From the NCBI GenBank assembly GCA_000708835.1, contig DF237542.1, forward strand, positions 1 to 54,242: a stretch of 54,242 bases of DNA, in the 5' to 3' direction. A program made the position numbers and the translations under genes. This document shows positions 41,201 through 52,036 of the stretch, in pieces. This DNA is from Klebsormidium nitens (Eukaryota; Plantae; Klebsormidiophyceae). The stretch's first letter is position 1. Every line of letters begins with the position of its first letter. The notes beneath the pieces were generated by a model, which was given only the letters and a program-made list of their open reading frames with translations, did not search any database and was not told the DNA's origin.

Positions 41201-44200
41201 CACAGCTGGCTCTTCCCGCGCTGCTCCGCGCTGGTGCACCACGGGGGAGCCGGCACCACCGCCGCGGGCGCGCTGGCGGGGCGGCCCCAGCTGGTGGTGC
41301 CCTTCTTCGGCGACCAGGCCATGTGGTGAGGCCGCGCGCACATTGGGGAAGGACCCCCTCGCTGGGGGGCAAGCCAGGGCTCTCCCATCACAGTCGGACT
41401 CAACCAGAGAAGTTCTTCCACTCGATGTTTGTTTCGAAGTGCACGTTGACTGTTGACCATGTTGAACGTTTAACCGGATACTAATGGCACCATGGCGGGG
41501 TGGCTCTCGCTGGCCTGCCCAGTGTTGCCGCTGCTCGTAGTCTGCCCGGTGTGCTTGCTTGCCCCTCTCGTCGTTTCTCCTGCCTCGGGTTGTGACCTGC
41601 TGCGCGCGGCGGCCTCGTCCCCGGCCTCTCCTGACGCGCTGCTGCTGTGCAGGGGCGAGCTGATCGAGCAGCACGGCTGTGGGCCGCACCCCATCCCCGC
41701 CAACCAGCTCAGCGAGAAGAGCCTGGTGGCGGCGCTGCGCCACATGCAGGCGGGCCCCGTGCAGGCCGCAGCGGCCCGCCTGGCTGCGCTGCTGGCGAAC
41801 GAGAAGGGCGCACAGTATGCCGCCGCCGCCTTCCACCGCCACTTGCCCCGTCGCGCCATGCTCTGCGACCTGGACGCCACCAGGCAAGTCCCGCCTGTGC
41901 CCTGCCCGGCTCTGGGCATTGCGTCGCAGCGATCGGCCACCCCCGGCGGTCCATGTGAACCTGACTGGCAATCGAGATTACATTGATTGTGATTCCTCGT
42001 CCAGCATTCAGAACTCGACGGCTACATGGCTGGCAGGTGACTGTCGGCGATGGCAGACCGGATTGTGCATTCGGCAGAGGGCCCCCGCGCGGCCCACCGG
42101 CGGCTGCGGTACCGCCCCGTCTGTTGGGCGACGCACCGGGAGCTGGCGTACCAGGGCGCGGGGGGCGCGCTCGCGGTGTTCCTGGGGGAGATGGGTGAGC
42201 GCACCGCCGCATGCCAAGGAGCCTGCTGAGGCAGGCACGGCAGCAGTTGGCCATTTACGCCTCTTGTGGGAATGACTCTCAAAAACTCGCCGCGCCGGGT
42301 CTCTGTGCTCGTTCGGGCAGGCCTGGCCCCCTCCCGCCCATGCCCAGTACGCCTGGCTGCACCCTGACCGCGTCTCGTGCGCCGCGTGTGTCCCTGCAGT
42401 GGGGACCCTGGCGGGGCCGATCAAGCTGCCGGTCCAGGTCAGACACAGGCGCCAACCCTCGCCCTCCTCAAGAGCCGTAGCGGATCTACAGAGGCTCATT
42501 CCGGTCTCCACGAGTGTCACCCTCCCTGTGTATCAGCTACTTAGTAGCGGCTTGAACCCATGTGTTTGTTGTGTGACCTCCGATGGTGCCCCTTCTGCGG
42601 CCCCCTTCCGTCTCCAGCCCCGATTCTTGCGGCCTCTCCCCTCGGACGCCCTGCCTTCCCCTTGCCCGTGGGTCGCCGCCTCGTGTGAGCGGTCGCTTTG
42701 CCCGTTGTGGTGCAGGGCTACTGCTCGGCGGGGCTGCTGGGCGCGGGGCGCGGCCTGGGCAAGGGCGTCGCCGGCCTGCTCACGCGCCCGCTGCGTGCCA
42801 CCGCACGCCTGGGGGAGCGGGCAGGTGAGCCGGGGCAGACTGCTCCGGGCGGGGGGCCGCAACGGCCTGACAGAAGGTTGAGCAGTTGAGGCACCCAGGA
42901 TGACAGAGGAGCGTTGTTCGGACCTTCTGTAGGTGGCGACCCTTGCGAGGTGTGTGTTGAGAACGGCAGACAGCTACGGCCTGTGACACCTAGTGGAACC
43001 CGTGTCGTCGTTTGCAGGGCGGGCCCTGGGCGCGGTGCTGGACCGGAGAGGGCCGGGCCGGACGGCGGACGTGTGGCAGTACGGCAGCCACGTGGGCAGC
43101 CTTCAGCAGCAGCGGCGGAGCGTGGCCAACGTGGACACGCCGCTGCAAGGTGAGCCATCGCGCACAGCACGGACGGGATGCAGAAGGGCGGGCCGGTGTG
43201 GCATAGCCTGGTGATAAGCATTTCTTCGTGGCCCAGGGAACAGCGTGAAGACTCAGGTCGGTGCACTTGGGCACGGGCCGGCCGCGATGATGGCAGCCGC
43301 GACCCGGGGGAGCACGCGAGCAACGGCAGTGCCGTTGGGACTTCTACTGTCTGACCTGACCGACCTGCCTGCAGGGCTGCGCGCGGCGGCTCTCGCTCTC
43401 GGCGCAGGCTTCGTGTCAGGCACCGCCGCTCTGGGCGCGTGGCCTGCCGCGGGATATCGCAAGCTGGGACTCCTCGGCGGGCTAGCAGGAGCGGGGGTGG
43501 GAGCCGTGGCGCTCTTGTGCCACGTCGCAGGCGCGGTAGTGCTCAGCGCGGCAGCCCTGCTGGCGTGTATACCCGCCAGCGTGGAAGCGGCTGGGAGGCA
43601 GGTGAGCGCGCATTTGGTAACAGCGACCGATGAGAGATGCATGCAGGGAGGCACGGCCAGCTATATGCCGTGCCAGAAGCATGTCCTGACAGCGGACAGC
43701 GTCAAGCATGAAGCAGCATGCCGATGCTCATACTTGCTTGAGTCGGCCCCAACCTCAAGTCGCCCCTTACACCGACCGTTGGCTGTGCAGGTGGTGTGCT
43801 GGAGAGGGCGGGTGGAGCACAGCGCACGGAATGCCGAGGAGAAGCCGGCCGGCACGCAAGAAGCTGTCTTGCTGGACACGCTGGATACGCTAGAGCGGCT
43901 AGAGGTGAGGGAGGCATGCGGGGATGGCAAGNNNNNNNNNNNNNNNNNNNNCAGTGCGCAAATACTTCTAACAGAGGGCATCTTGGAGCGATATGTGGAG
44001 TGGCAAGCGAAGAAGGGATTGGGGGGCGCGGTTGGGAAGGGGGCCCCGGAGAAGGAGCGGCAGGCAGAGGCTACGGAAATGGACGAAAAGAGTTGGCAAG
44101 AAAGGATGCAAGGAAGAAGTAGACAGGAAGACACGAGCTCGGTGGAGCGAGAGTTTCCGTCAGGAAACAACATCGATAAGAATGGGGAAGAGGAGGCTCC

Positions 44201-44285
44201 GAAAGGAAGGTCCGACGGAAAAAAGAGGTGGTGGGTTGCTCTGCACAAGCGGCTGCTTTGTTCCAACATCAAAGTCCGACATTGA
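38288..44285 (+). CDS. Sterol 3-beta-glucosyltransferase (UGT80-like, GT1) with long C-terminal extension; start and last exons uncertain
   Basis: Exons ~38288-38610, 38909-39000, 39240-39410, 39598-39661, 39839-39948, 40444-40466, 40635-40949, 41111-41325, 41653-41883, ~42041-42194, 42400-42437, 42716-42824, 43018-43149, 43375-43601, then 43791 onward across a 20-N gap to about 44285. Motifs: GTFGDMQPF, RLATH, EFFPLGGDP, IIANPP, HCAEKLGVPLHMVFTMPWS, WSPALAPKPADWG, PPVYIGFGS and PHSWLFPRCSALVHHGGAGTTAAG..PFFGDQ. Confidence 0.88.
40013..40203. mobile_element. ~190-bp inverted-repeat element in a glucosyltransferase intron (MITE or small solo-LTR-like)
   Basis: Left end ctgtcagaacggaagga matches the reverse complement of the right end, ctgacagaacggaagga, at 16/17. 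An internal inverted pair is also present (gggacccctc / gaagggggtcc). No TSD seen. Confidence 0.6.
43932..43951. other. Assembly gap (20 N)
   Basis: Run of N inside the putative 3' coding part of the glucosyltransferase gene. Confidence 1.
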
Positions 44286-46683
44286 AAGCTTCGATCGATG
44301 GGCTTTGGGTGTATATTCCTACAATTTAACGTGTTGCTTTCGGCGGTCTTCAAAGGATTGCTATTATTTTTGATGACTTGTATGTAGTTGAATCAAAATT
44401 CCGCCATGTTGACCCCCTCCGGTTCTGTAAGATAAGCTAAAACACTACATACGGGCTGATTATTCAAGTAGACACTGGCAACTTGCCGATGAAAGTGACA
44501 AATTTGCAATGCTAGGCTCCTCCTCATCATCTAGCAAAAGATGGAGACCGGGTCTACAACAAATTCGCGATCATACGCTTCCATGGGCATCATCTCAAAA
44601 AACATCTCCCTCCGTATGGATTACATGTATGCGAAGCTTAAGCTGGTAGCTTGAACCTTGAAAGACCGCTGCATGAAAGTTTTGGGCGGCATTTGCATCC
44701 CTTCGCACCATATGGAGAGATTATCTTGCATCCAATCCGTGGAGTCTGGTTGAAGCGTTTGCATGCATGGAGATATGGAGATTCGGACGAGACCGGTTCG
44801 TCATATCGTATATGAAAGTTCCTTCGAAAGGCCCATGCGCGACAATTGTCCGGATTTATTGCGCCAATGCAAAATGCATATACGAGAACTGACTTTATAT
44901 GGGGCGAGCTGTGGCATATCATTCGGACGAATGTGGGGTCTGCCTAGCAAAACCTTCATTGTACGACTTCCGGTCGCATAAAGACCGTCAGATTTGGCCA
45001 TAACGGCATGTCGACATTCAATCTTGAAGGCTAAATAGTAGCTGCTAGATGGATTTGCTAGAAGCGTAAAGTGGAATTTACACAACATACGCGGACGTTT
45101 GAGACAGGCGATTTCCTCGGCTACAACATAATCTGGCTTTTCGTGTACTGGGGAACGGCAAACCCAACAAACAAATCTCCTCGAGGCTCGACTATCACTT
45201 GAGTTGCCCACACCGGAGCTTTACGTTATGGATAGCCCATTGTTTATCGGAGATTTCGACTTCGGTCCACGACAATTGAGTTTAATATGCCTTCTCACAA
45301 TACGGAAAATGGCCCCGGGGAACTTAGCCGGGTGGTTCCGCTAAGGAGTACAATAAAGATCCTCAGACCGAGCCGCCCTCTTGTTGATCCACCAAATTGC
45401 AGAGGAAACGTAGCGTTTAGAAGGACTATATTGTTTAATATAACGGTCGTGTTCCTGATCGCTTTTACCGGGCACTGCACGCCCTCCCAATTGTGACCTA
45501 CGTATTCGGGATCGATTGACCGGGCCGCCCTTCCACCCCTACGTTCAGCATTGTCATTACAGGAAACTCTCGTGCTGTTGAAGTTGAGATGAGCTGCAAA
45601 AACCACCGGAGGCGGATTTGCTTCGTACGTCCTACTTTTGCAGCTTTGTCACATTGAATCAAATGCTTATAGTCTGCACGATACGTGATACGCGATGATA
45701 TCATGAAGGCAATTAGAACACGCGAATTTTGACCTCGTTGAAAAATGGCCTTTTTGAAAATACCTAAAAAATGCGTCGCATGCTTTTCGGTATTTTCCTC
45801 TTTTCAATTCGTTTCTTTGGTAGACCAACTTGCCTTCATTTATCTTAGGGCTTGTTAAGCGAGGTGCAAGACCGTGCAACTCGCGGTCATGTCAAACAAG
45901 TTATTTTTGGGGTTTCTTACTACTTTTCAAATGAGAATTTTTGAAAATAGCTGTTCTTTAAGGAGCGCAACTATGCCGAATTTCCGCCGTATTATTGTTT
46001 CTCGAGCAAATACGGCCCAAGACGCGTATAATAGCTCGAAAACTGACGTATTGCAACTACCTATACGTTGTAGACTATGCATACTTGTGGACGAAACCCA
46101 CACGGAAATTGGGTTCTTTTATTTGCAACTTTGACACAAAATTTATCAGAATATTGTGGTACAATACTAGTATGTAATACCTAATCGATCTTAGGCTGTC
46201 GTTAGATATCTTGTTTATCGACGGTTCATCTGGCATGGCGCAGGTGAGCCGTCAAAGACACGTACTGCAAGCCTTTGAAAATTCAGACGAGCTTAAGTGA
46301 GACAACACGTTGCCATGTTCGTTTAGACTGGAGTCATGGCTCATCATTCAGTATGTCGATTTTGTTTAAAAAGCTAAAACACTAGAATGTTCGGAACTCG
46401 ATTTGAAGCACACATCAGCGCCGCCAATCACTTCGGGCAAGCGTGATCCTCAAGTGTGCAGTGAGCGTTATCGAGGTTCGAGCGGAACATTGTATCCACA
46501 AGCACATTGAGAAATCCGATGGTGATAGCTATGAATGAATGATGGTTAGCGAAGGATTACGGAATTGCTCTTCATTTTCCATCTTTCATTTTACCCTCAC
46601 CACTTCGGAAATGAGCTCCCTACCTGAATGTCTTTAAGCTTTTAGGGGACTCAATGAAACCCTCATTTCTTCATTTTAGTATA

Positions 46684-47142
46684 TGTTGAAATTCATGGTG
46701 GGGGACTTGTAGCGTGGTTGAGTTATTCGTCATCAGGCCTCATCGTGTTACCCGGCACCCATGCTCATCACTGATTGCTGGCAACCATGCATCCTAAGAG
46801 GATCAGACGAAGCGCCTCACAAGCGGCTTCCTTCTCTCAATAAACTTTTCTCGAAGTGATGTATCACAATACTGGTCTCCAGCGCTGATGAGTTTTGATT
46901 ACGGATCTCTCCCGTTCTAGGCGCACTAGCCTAACTCGAAGTCACACTCAATCTTAGCCTTCGATATCCTTATTCACGGCTTACAGTTACGGTCGCTCTC
47001 AACCTTCTATCTCGAAATCGCCGAACGGTTGGACCGTCTAACCGCCTTGCACGCACCGCCGGCGCTCACTAGTCCAAACCCTACTTCGGGCCGAACTCTA
47101 ACACACAATAATTCGGCTGACTATAACCAGCGAATTCTAGCA
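46684..47142 (-). repeat. LTR copy A (3' LTR of copia element 1)
   Basis: TGTTGAA...TCTAGCA termini on the plus strand. It aligns along its length with 49202-50077 and 53797-54242 (shared cgaagcgcctcacaagcggcttcctt). PPT-like cgtgggag abuts it on the minus strand (47143-47150). Confidence 0.85.
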
Positions 47143-49201
47143 CTCCCACGGAGACGAATTATTCTAATTTTCCAACTCGTCATGCTCCTTTTGCGGGCTG
47201 CCTCATCCGGCTTTGGCGTCACCCACACGCCTCCACTCTCGCCAGCCTCGCTACTCTAGTAGCGCACTGCGTCGCTCTTCTCCAACGACGTCTTTCCCAC
47301 TCCGTGCTCCGGTCGGCTTTTTGGCTCCGACGACTTCCATTGTTGCTCCAACATTTGCCCGATACCACTCGGTGCCATCCCGTCGCACCCTCGCGGGATA
47401 TCTTTCTAAGCACTAGGACCCCACTACGGGCTTCTCCGTTGCCTGTTCTACACTAGCGGGCTTGCTCTCTACCACCGTCTCTGGGCTCCCTTGCCCTTTC
47501 CGGTCTCCTTGGACTCCTCCACAACTTTGCGCATCGTTTCCACAATCGGCCCACTTTGGCTCTTTTGTGAAACTGTGCACGGCTCCTCGTCCGCCCCCAC
47601 AAAAGTAACCCTCTCTCGTTCGACGCCCCCATTCTTGTCGTCCAACTCGTCCAGGTCGATCTCCACAACCTTTACCGTCTTTTCACCACGCTTTTTGCTC
47701 TTACCAGCCTCTTTGCCGTGGCGCAGACCCGGCCTTTCTTGACCGGTCCCCTCGCAAGGACTGCCCTTTGCTTCCCCACGGTCTCAATGGGCCCACAGTC
47801 CTCCACGCTTGATTGCCTCCATACCGACCAGGCCCTCCGTTTTGATTTGCGCGTTTCTCCCCTCGAGCACCACTCGTGCACCACCCGCGTTGGTTGCACT
47901 CGTTCGAGCGAACAAACTCGCATGTGCCCTCGAAGCCTGTCGGATCTCCTTCAAGGATACCGTACTCACACCGCTCGGGGTCTTACACTTCAATGTCATT
48001 TCTTCAATGCCCACTGCAATTGAAGACTTACCACAGATCCCCACGATCTTCTCGTCACGCACAAGCTCTCTGTAGCTCGCGAATTGGCTCCGATAGGCCA
48101 TGACATGCTGGGGGCTGCCCGAGTCGACAATCCACACCCCTTTGCGTACGTCCTCGTCGTCGCCCCACGCCGTAAAAGCTACTCCGTTTGCATCCCCCGC
48201 AAACTCTCTCTCCTCTGGGCGGCAACTTTTAGGCGCGCTCTGCCTACACACTGCCTCTGTGTGGCCCCTCTTGCCGCACTTGCGGCACTCCGCATCGTGC
48301 AACCTGCACCAGTGCCTTCATGTGGCCCACTTTGCCACAACAATAGCATGTTGGCGGGCTTGAGCTTCCGCCTCTCACCTCCGAGCTACTTCCCAGCTCG
48401 TTTGAGCTTCTCTTGCCCTTCTCCGAACTCGAGTAGCCCCTATGCCGGTGCATACGCCACCGCCTCACCCCCACCCAAAGTTCCCTTCAAAGACCCCCCT
48501 TCAGCCCTCAACTTTAGCTTCCGCTCTTTCTGGATTAGCTTTGGCTGGATCTCATCTAGGCTTAGCTCCTCTTCTCGAAGCTCGACAAAAACTCCACAAT
48601 AAGGCATACTCCTCCGGCAAATCCTCTAAGGCGTGCACGGCCCACCCTTTGAGACGGTTTGTTCCGCCGCCTCAAAATCTATTTTGAGCTCCCGGAAGTC
48701 CCCTGAATACTCTGCAATAGCTTTCCGCTTGATCAACCTTAGACCCGTTAGCTTCCTCCTGAACTGAATCATGCGCGCATTGCCCTGCTTCTCAAAGTTG
48801 TCCTCAACCTCTTCCACGCTTTGCCCGCAATGAGTTCACCCTCAATCGACTTCACATATGCATCTTTCGTGTGGATCAGTATCAGCCTCCTTGCTTGGCC
48901 TGACACATTCCTTCCTTCCACGGATCCTCCGGCTCCTCCAATGCACACAACGATTGCCTTTTATGCAAGAAGCCCACGGAACTTGGCCTTCCACGTTGAC
49001 CAGTTGTCACCACACATATGCGGGATCGACACTTTGTCTCCGGCCATCTCAACTACACTCGCTCTTGAATAGAAAGAAGCCAAATCCTTCGTTCCTTTTC
49101 CCTTACAGGCTCACCGGGCGCATATTCAAACATCGCCCTTCAGTCGACCAGAATTTGAAACCTTGCGCCCTTTCACAACCAAGCTTTGTGGGCCCGTCAC
49201 C

Positions 49202-50077
49202 TTTTGAAAATCATGGCGAGGTACTCGCAGTGTAGTTGAGTTACTCGTCATGGGGTCTTATTGTGTCGCGCGGCACTCATGCGCATCACTCATTGATGGC
49301 AACCATTCATCCAGGGAGGATCAGACGAAGCGCCTCACAAGCGGCTTCCTTCTTTCCACAAACTTCTATTGGAATGATGTATCACAACAGTGGTTTCCAC
49401 CACTATTAAGTCTTACGAGTCTCTCTCGATCCACTAAGCTCACTAGCCTAAGTCACAAACTACGAGGCTCACTAGCCTAGGTCACAGTCACACTCGATCT
49501 CGGCCTTCGATATCCTTATCTACGGCGTACACTGACGGTCGCTCTCAACCGCCTGACCTTCGAAACCGCCAAACGGTTTAACCGTCTAGTAATCGGAACA
49601 AGCTGCATATAAGGCACAAAGTGGGCCGCCATTGTTGCAGCTTAAAACGAGCTTCGTCTTGCACTCTTCTTTCAAGTTCGTTCACTATTCCTTTAGGCTA
49701 GGTACCGCCGGTACACCTACGGGATCCAAGTCGGACTTTCGGCGAAACCGTGAACTTCAAATTTCACCGTCGCGCAGACTGCAGCGGTACTGCACCGCCG
49801 TGTAGTACGGAGCCGCCCGTCGGTCAACATGTCAGAATTTGCCAATTCATTGAACTCGGGGATCCGATTCTCGCGTAGCGGTGAATACAAAAGTGTCGCG
49901 ACGTGACATCGGTGATGCAAACTTGTGACCGGACTATCGCGCGTTGATCCCTCAATACCCAGCCTAGGTTGCTTGTGCGCCGTGCACGCACGCCGGCGCT
50001 CACTAGTTCCAAACCCTAAGTCGGGCCGGACTTTAACACACAGTAAATCGGCTGACTATAATCACCGAATTCTAACA
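49202..50077 (-). repeat. LTR copy B (5' LTR of element 1), interrupted by a ~390-bp insertion
   Basis: Aligns with LTR A from 49202 to ~49588, resumes at ~49979 and ends TCTAACA at 50077. Confidence 0.8.
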
Positions 50078-51433
50078 TTATGAATTTATAAACCTCTCGT
50101 TATATTCGATCACTTTCTTTGTGAAGTGGAATGAGAAACTTTGAGACATGAATCTTTAAATTAAAATGAGTCGAGAAGTCCCTTTCAAATATGCTCTCGT
50201 CCTTTTCCTTTTCTTCAATGGGCGCATTAGGACAAATTTTTTGGGATGGTGCTAGCGTGCCTCATCCGGTCATAGGATCCGCGAAATTTGTCGCAATAAG
50301 TTCCTCTATGGTTGTATTTCCACATTGTCAAGTGAGAAATATAATGATAAGGAACGGCATTTTTATGAGCTCATAAAGTTTCCAAACGAGGAGCCACGGG
50401 CCGAGAGAGTGACTCGGCTCCTTAATTCCGTGGGGGAGACCCCCTCAAACATCCTTCACTGCTATCGTCTCCTCATTCGGAATAATCAAGGGGATGAGAA
50501 AGGGCATTTTTTGGAGGTTTTCCTAGACGAGAAGCCAGAAAATAAGAGGATTACTCGAGGTCCTCATTCATGTTGAGACCCCTCTTGCATGCCCCTCGTT
50601 GCTTTCATCTTTCTCAATAGTAGAATTACAAAAACGAGGCCTTTTTAGGGCTCCAAGGGTTGCTCTCACAGATGGGGGGCCGGAGAAAAAGAGATAACAA
50701 ACTGCGGTCTATGTGTTTGATCAAATCAAATCTGCCATTTCGAAAACTCCTCCACCGTCCTCAACTTCCTCATTCTTCAAAAAGGAAGATAATAAGGCTG
50801 GGGAACGGCGTTTGGTAGGCAGAGTTTTCCACGGACGAGGGAAGCCGGAAAAATTTAAGCCTCCACGTTCGTCTACAAGCGTGGTATCCATATCAATATA
50901 AGGAGCTCGTGTAAAAGCCCTTGCAAAATGGAGGAATTGTGGAGGGAAAAAGCATATACAGATTTTCAACTAGTCACGCTCTTCTACGACTAGCTTACAT
51001 TGCTATTAAACCTCGACGATTATGCTCACGGTTCGAACTAGTGAGCAAGAACGTGCGTGCACGGCGGATAGCTGCAATCAAGTTGAGAGGTTAGGCGATT
51101 GAGAAAAAAACGTCACTGTGAGCTATACAGAAGTAACATATGTGGAGATATTGTGGCTCATACCACCAGGCCATCCATATGTAAGGAATGGCCCAGTGCT
51201 ACGGGCCGCGCTTTCTCGAATAAAACTTGCTGCCAAGGCTGACGCGTTGGGATGACCTTATCATTGGGTTACCGACCATTGAGGAAAGGGTCGAACCTGA
51301 CACTCAGTTTCGGATGGTCAATGAGTATTGACTAATCGCGTGCATGTGGACGGGCAATCCCAAAGCGACCGCTAAGGAAGTGTCCAAGGCATACAATGAG
51401 ATCCGCGGCTCCACTTTTCATTTACATATCGCG

Positions 51434-51483
51434 GGCCGTACCACTAAGCCATCCTTGCGCATGGATGGCTTAGTGGTACGGCC
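51434..51483. repeat. Perfect 21-bp inverted repeat with 8-nt loop
   Basis: ggccgtaccactaagccatcc-ttgcgcat-ggatggcttagtggtacggcc. Confidence 0.95.
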
Positions 51484-51655
51484 TAAACCCACTCCCGGTT
51501 CACCATCCTTAGGAATAGCGTCTCATTTGCCTAGGACGCAACGAAGTCAAATCTCTCGAGCTCCTCCTTCAAACGCGTGTGTCAATGTACGCGGTGTTGA
51601 AGCAAGCGCCTTCTAGGTTCAGAACCACTAGGCGTGAGAGTCGTCACAAAGAAAA

Positions 51656-52036
51656 TGTTAAAGGCATTCTAAATCCGTAGTTACGGACTCTAGCTTTACT
51701 TCGACTCTGTGGAAGTCCAATCCAACTGATTGGGTCACTTTACGACTCACTCGGGTCACTATACCACTCGCTATATGGGCCAAATACCACTTGACTTGTG
51801 GTCGGTATTACTACACCGAAGTGGTCGGTAGTACCGTACTACGAGGTCGGGGCTTCTACACATTGGTGGTCGGGGCTCCTCAATAACCGTGACCCGACTC
51901 ACAATCGGACGCAATTTGCGTGTATAACGCGCCAAATAACGGTCGATGTTCGGCCCCACCCAAGCCTCGATCGACGGCTCCGATTTCTCTAGGATTTTAG
52001 GGTGGTACTCACTCGAAAAACGCCCGAATTCCAACA
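51656..52036 (-). repeat. Putative 3' LTR (copy D, different family) of copia element 2
   Basis: On the minus strand it starts TGTTGGAATTCGG directly after the PPT cgtgggggag (52037-52046). A candidate far end is tgttaaagg at 51656 (uncertain). It contains four ~22-bp degenerate repeats with a GGTCGG core (~51798-51880). Confidence 0.55.

Larger units (their letters stand above)
46684..50077 (-). mobile_element. Degenerate Ty1/copia element 1: LTR-gag-protease-(deleted IN/RT/RH)-LTR
   Basis: Minus-strand fragments: gag (NARMIQFRRKLTGLRL), zinc knuckles CYCCGKVGH and CRKCGKRGHTEAVC, and aspartic protease VWIVDSGSPQHV. The internal region is only ~2.06 kb and has frameshifts and stops. PBS-like GGTGACGGGCCCAC at 49201-49188. 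Flanks gtata/ttatg do not form a clean TSD. Confidence 0.85.

Noticed and set aside
50100-51400. Short ORFs between the copia elements (50191-50576, 50713-50969)
   Set aside because: Probably decayed transposon sequence, but no motif could be recognised.
51798-51880. Four ~22-bp GGTCGG-core repeats as a possible CRISPR-like array
   Set aside because: The units are degenerate and contiguous, have no unique spacers, lie inside a probable LTR in a eukaryotic genome, and have no cas genes nearby.
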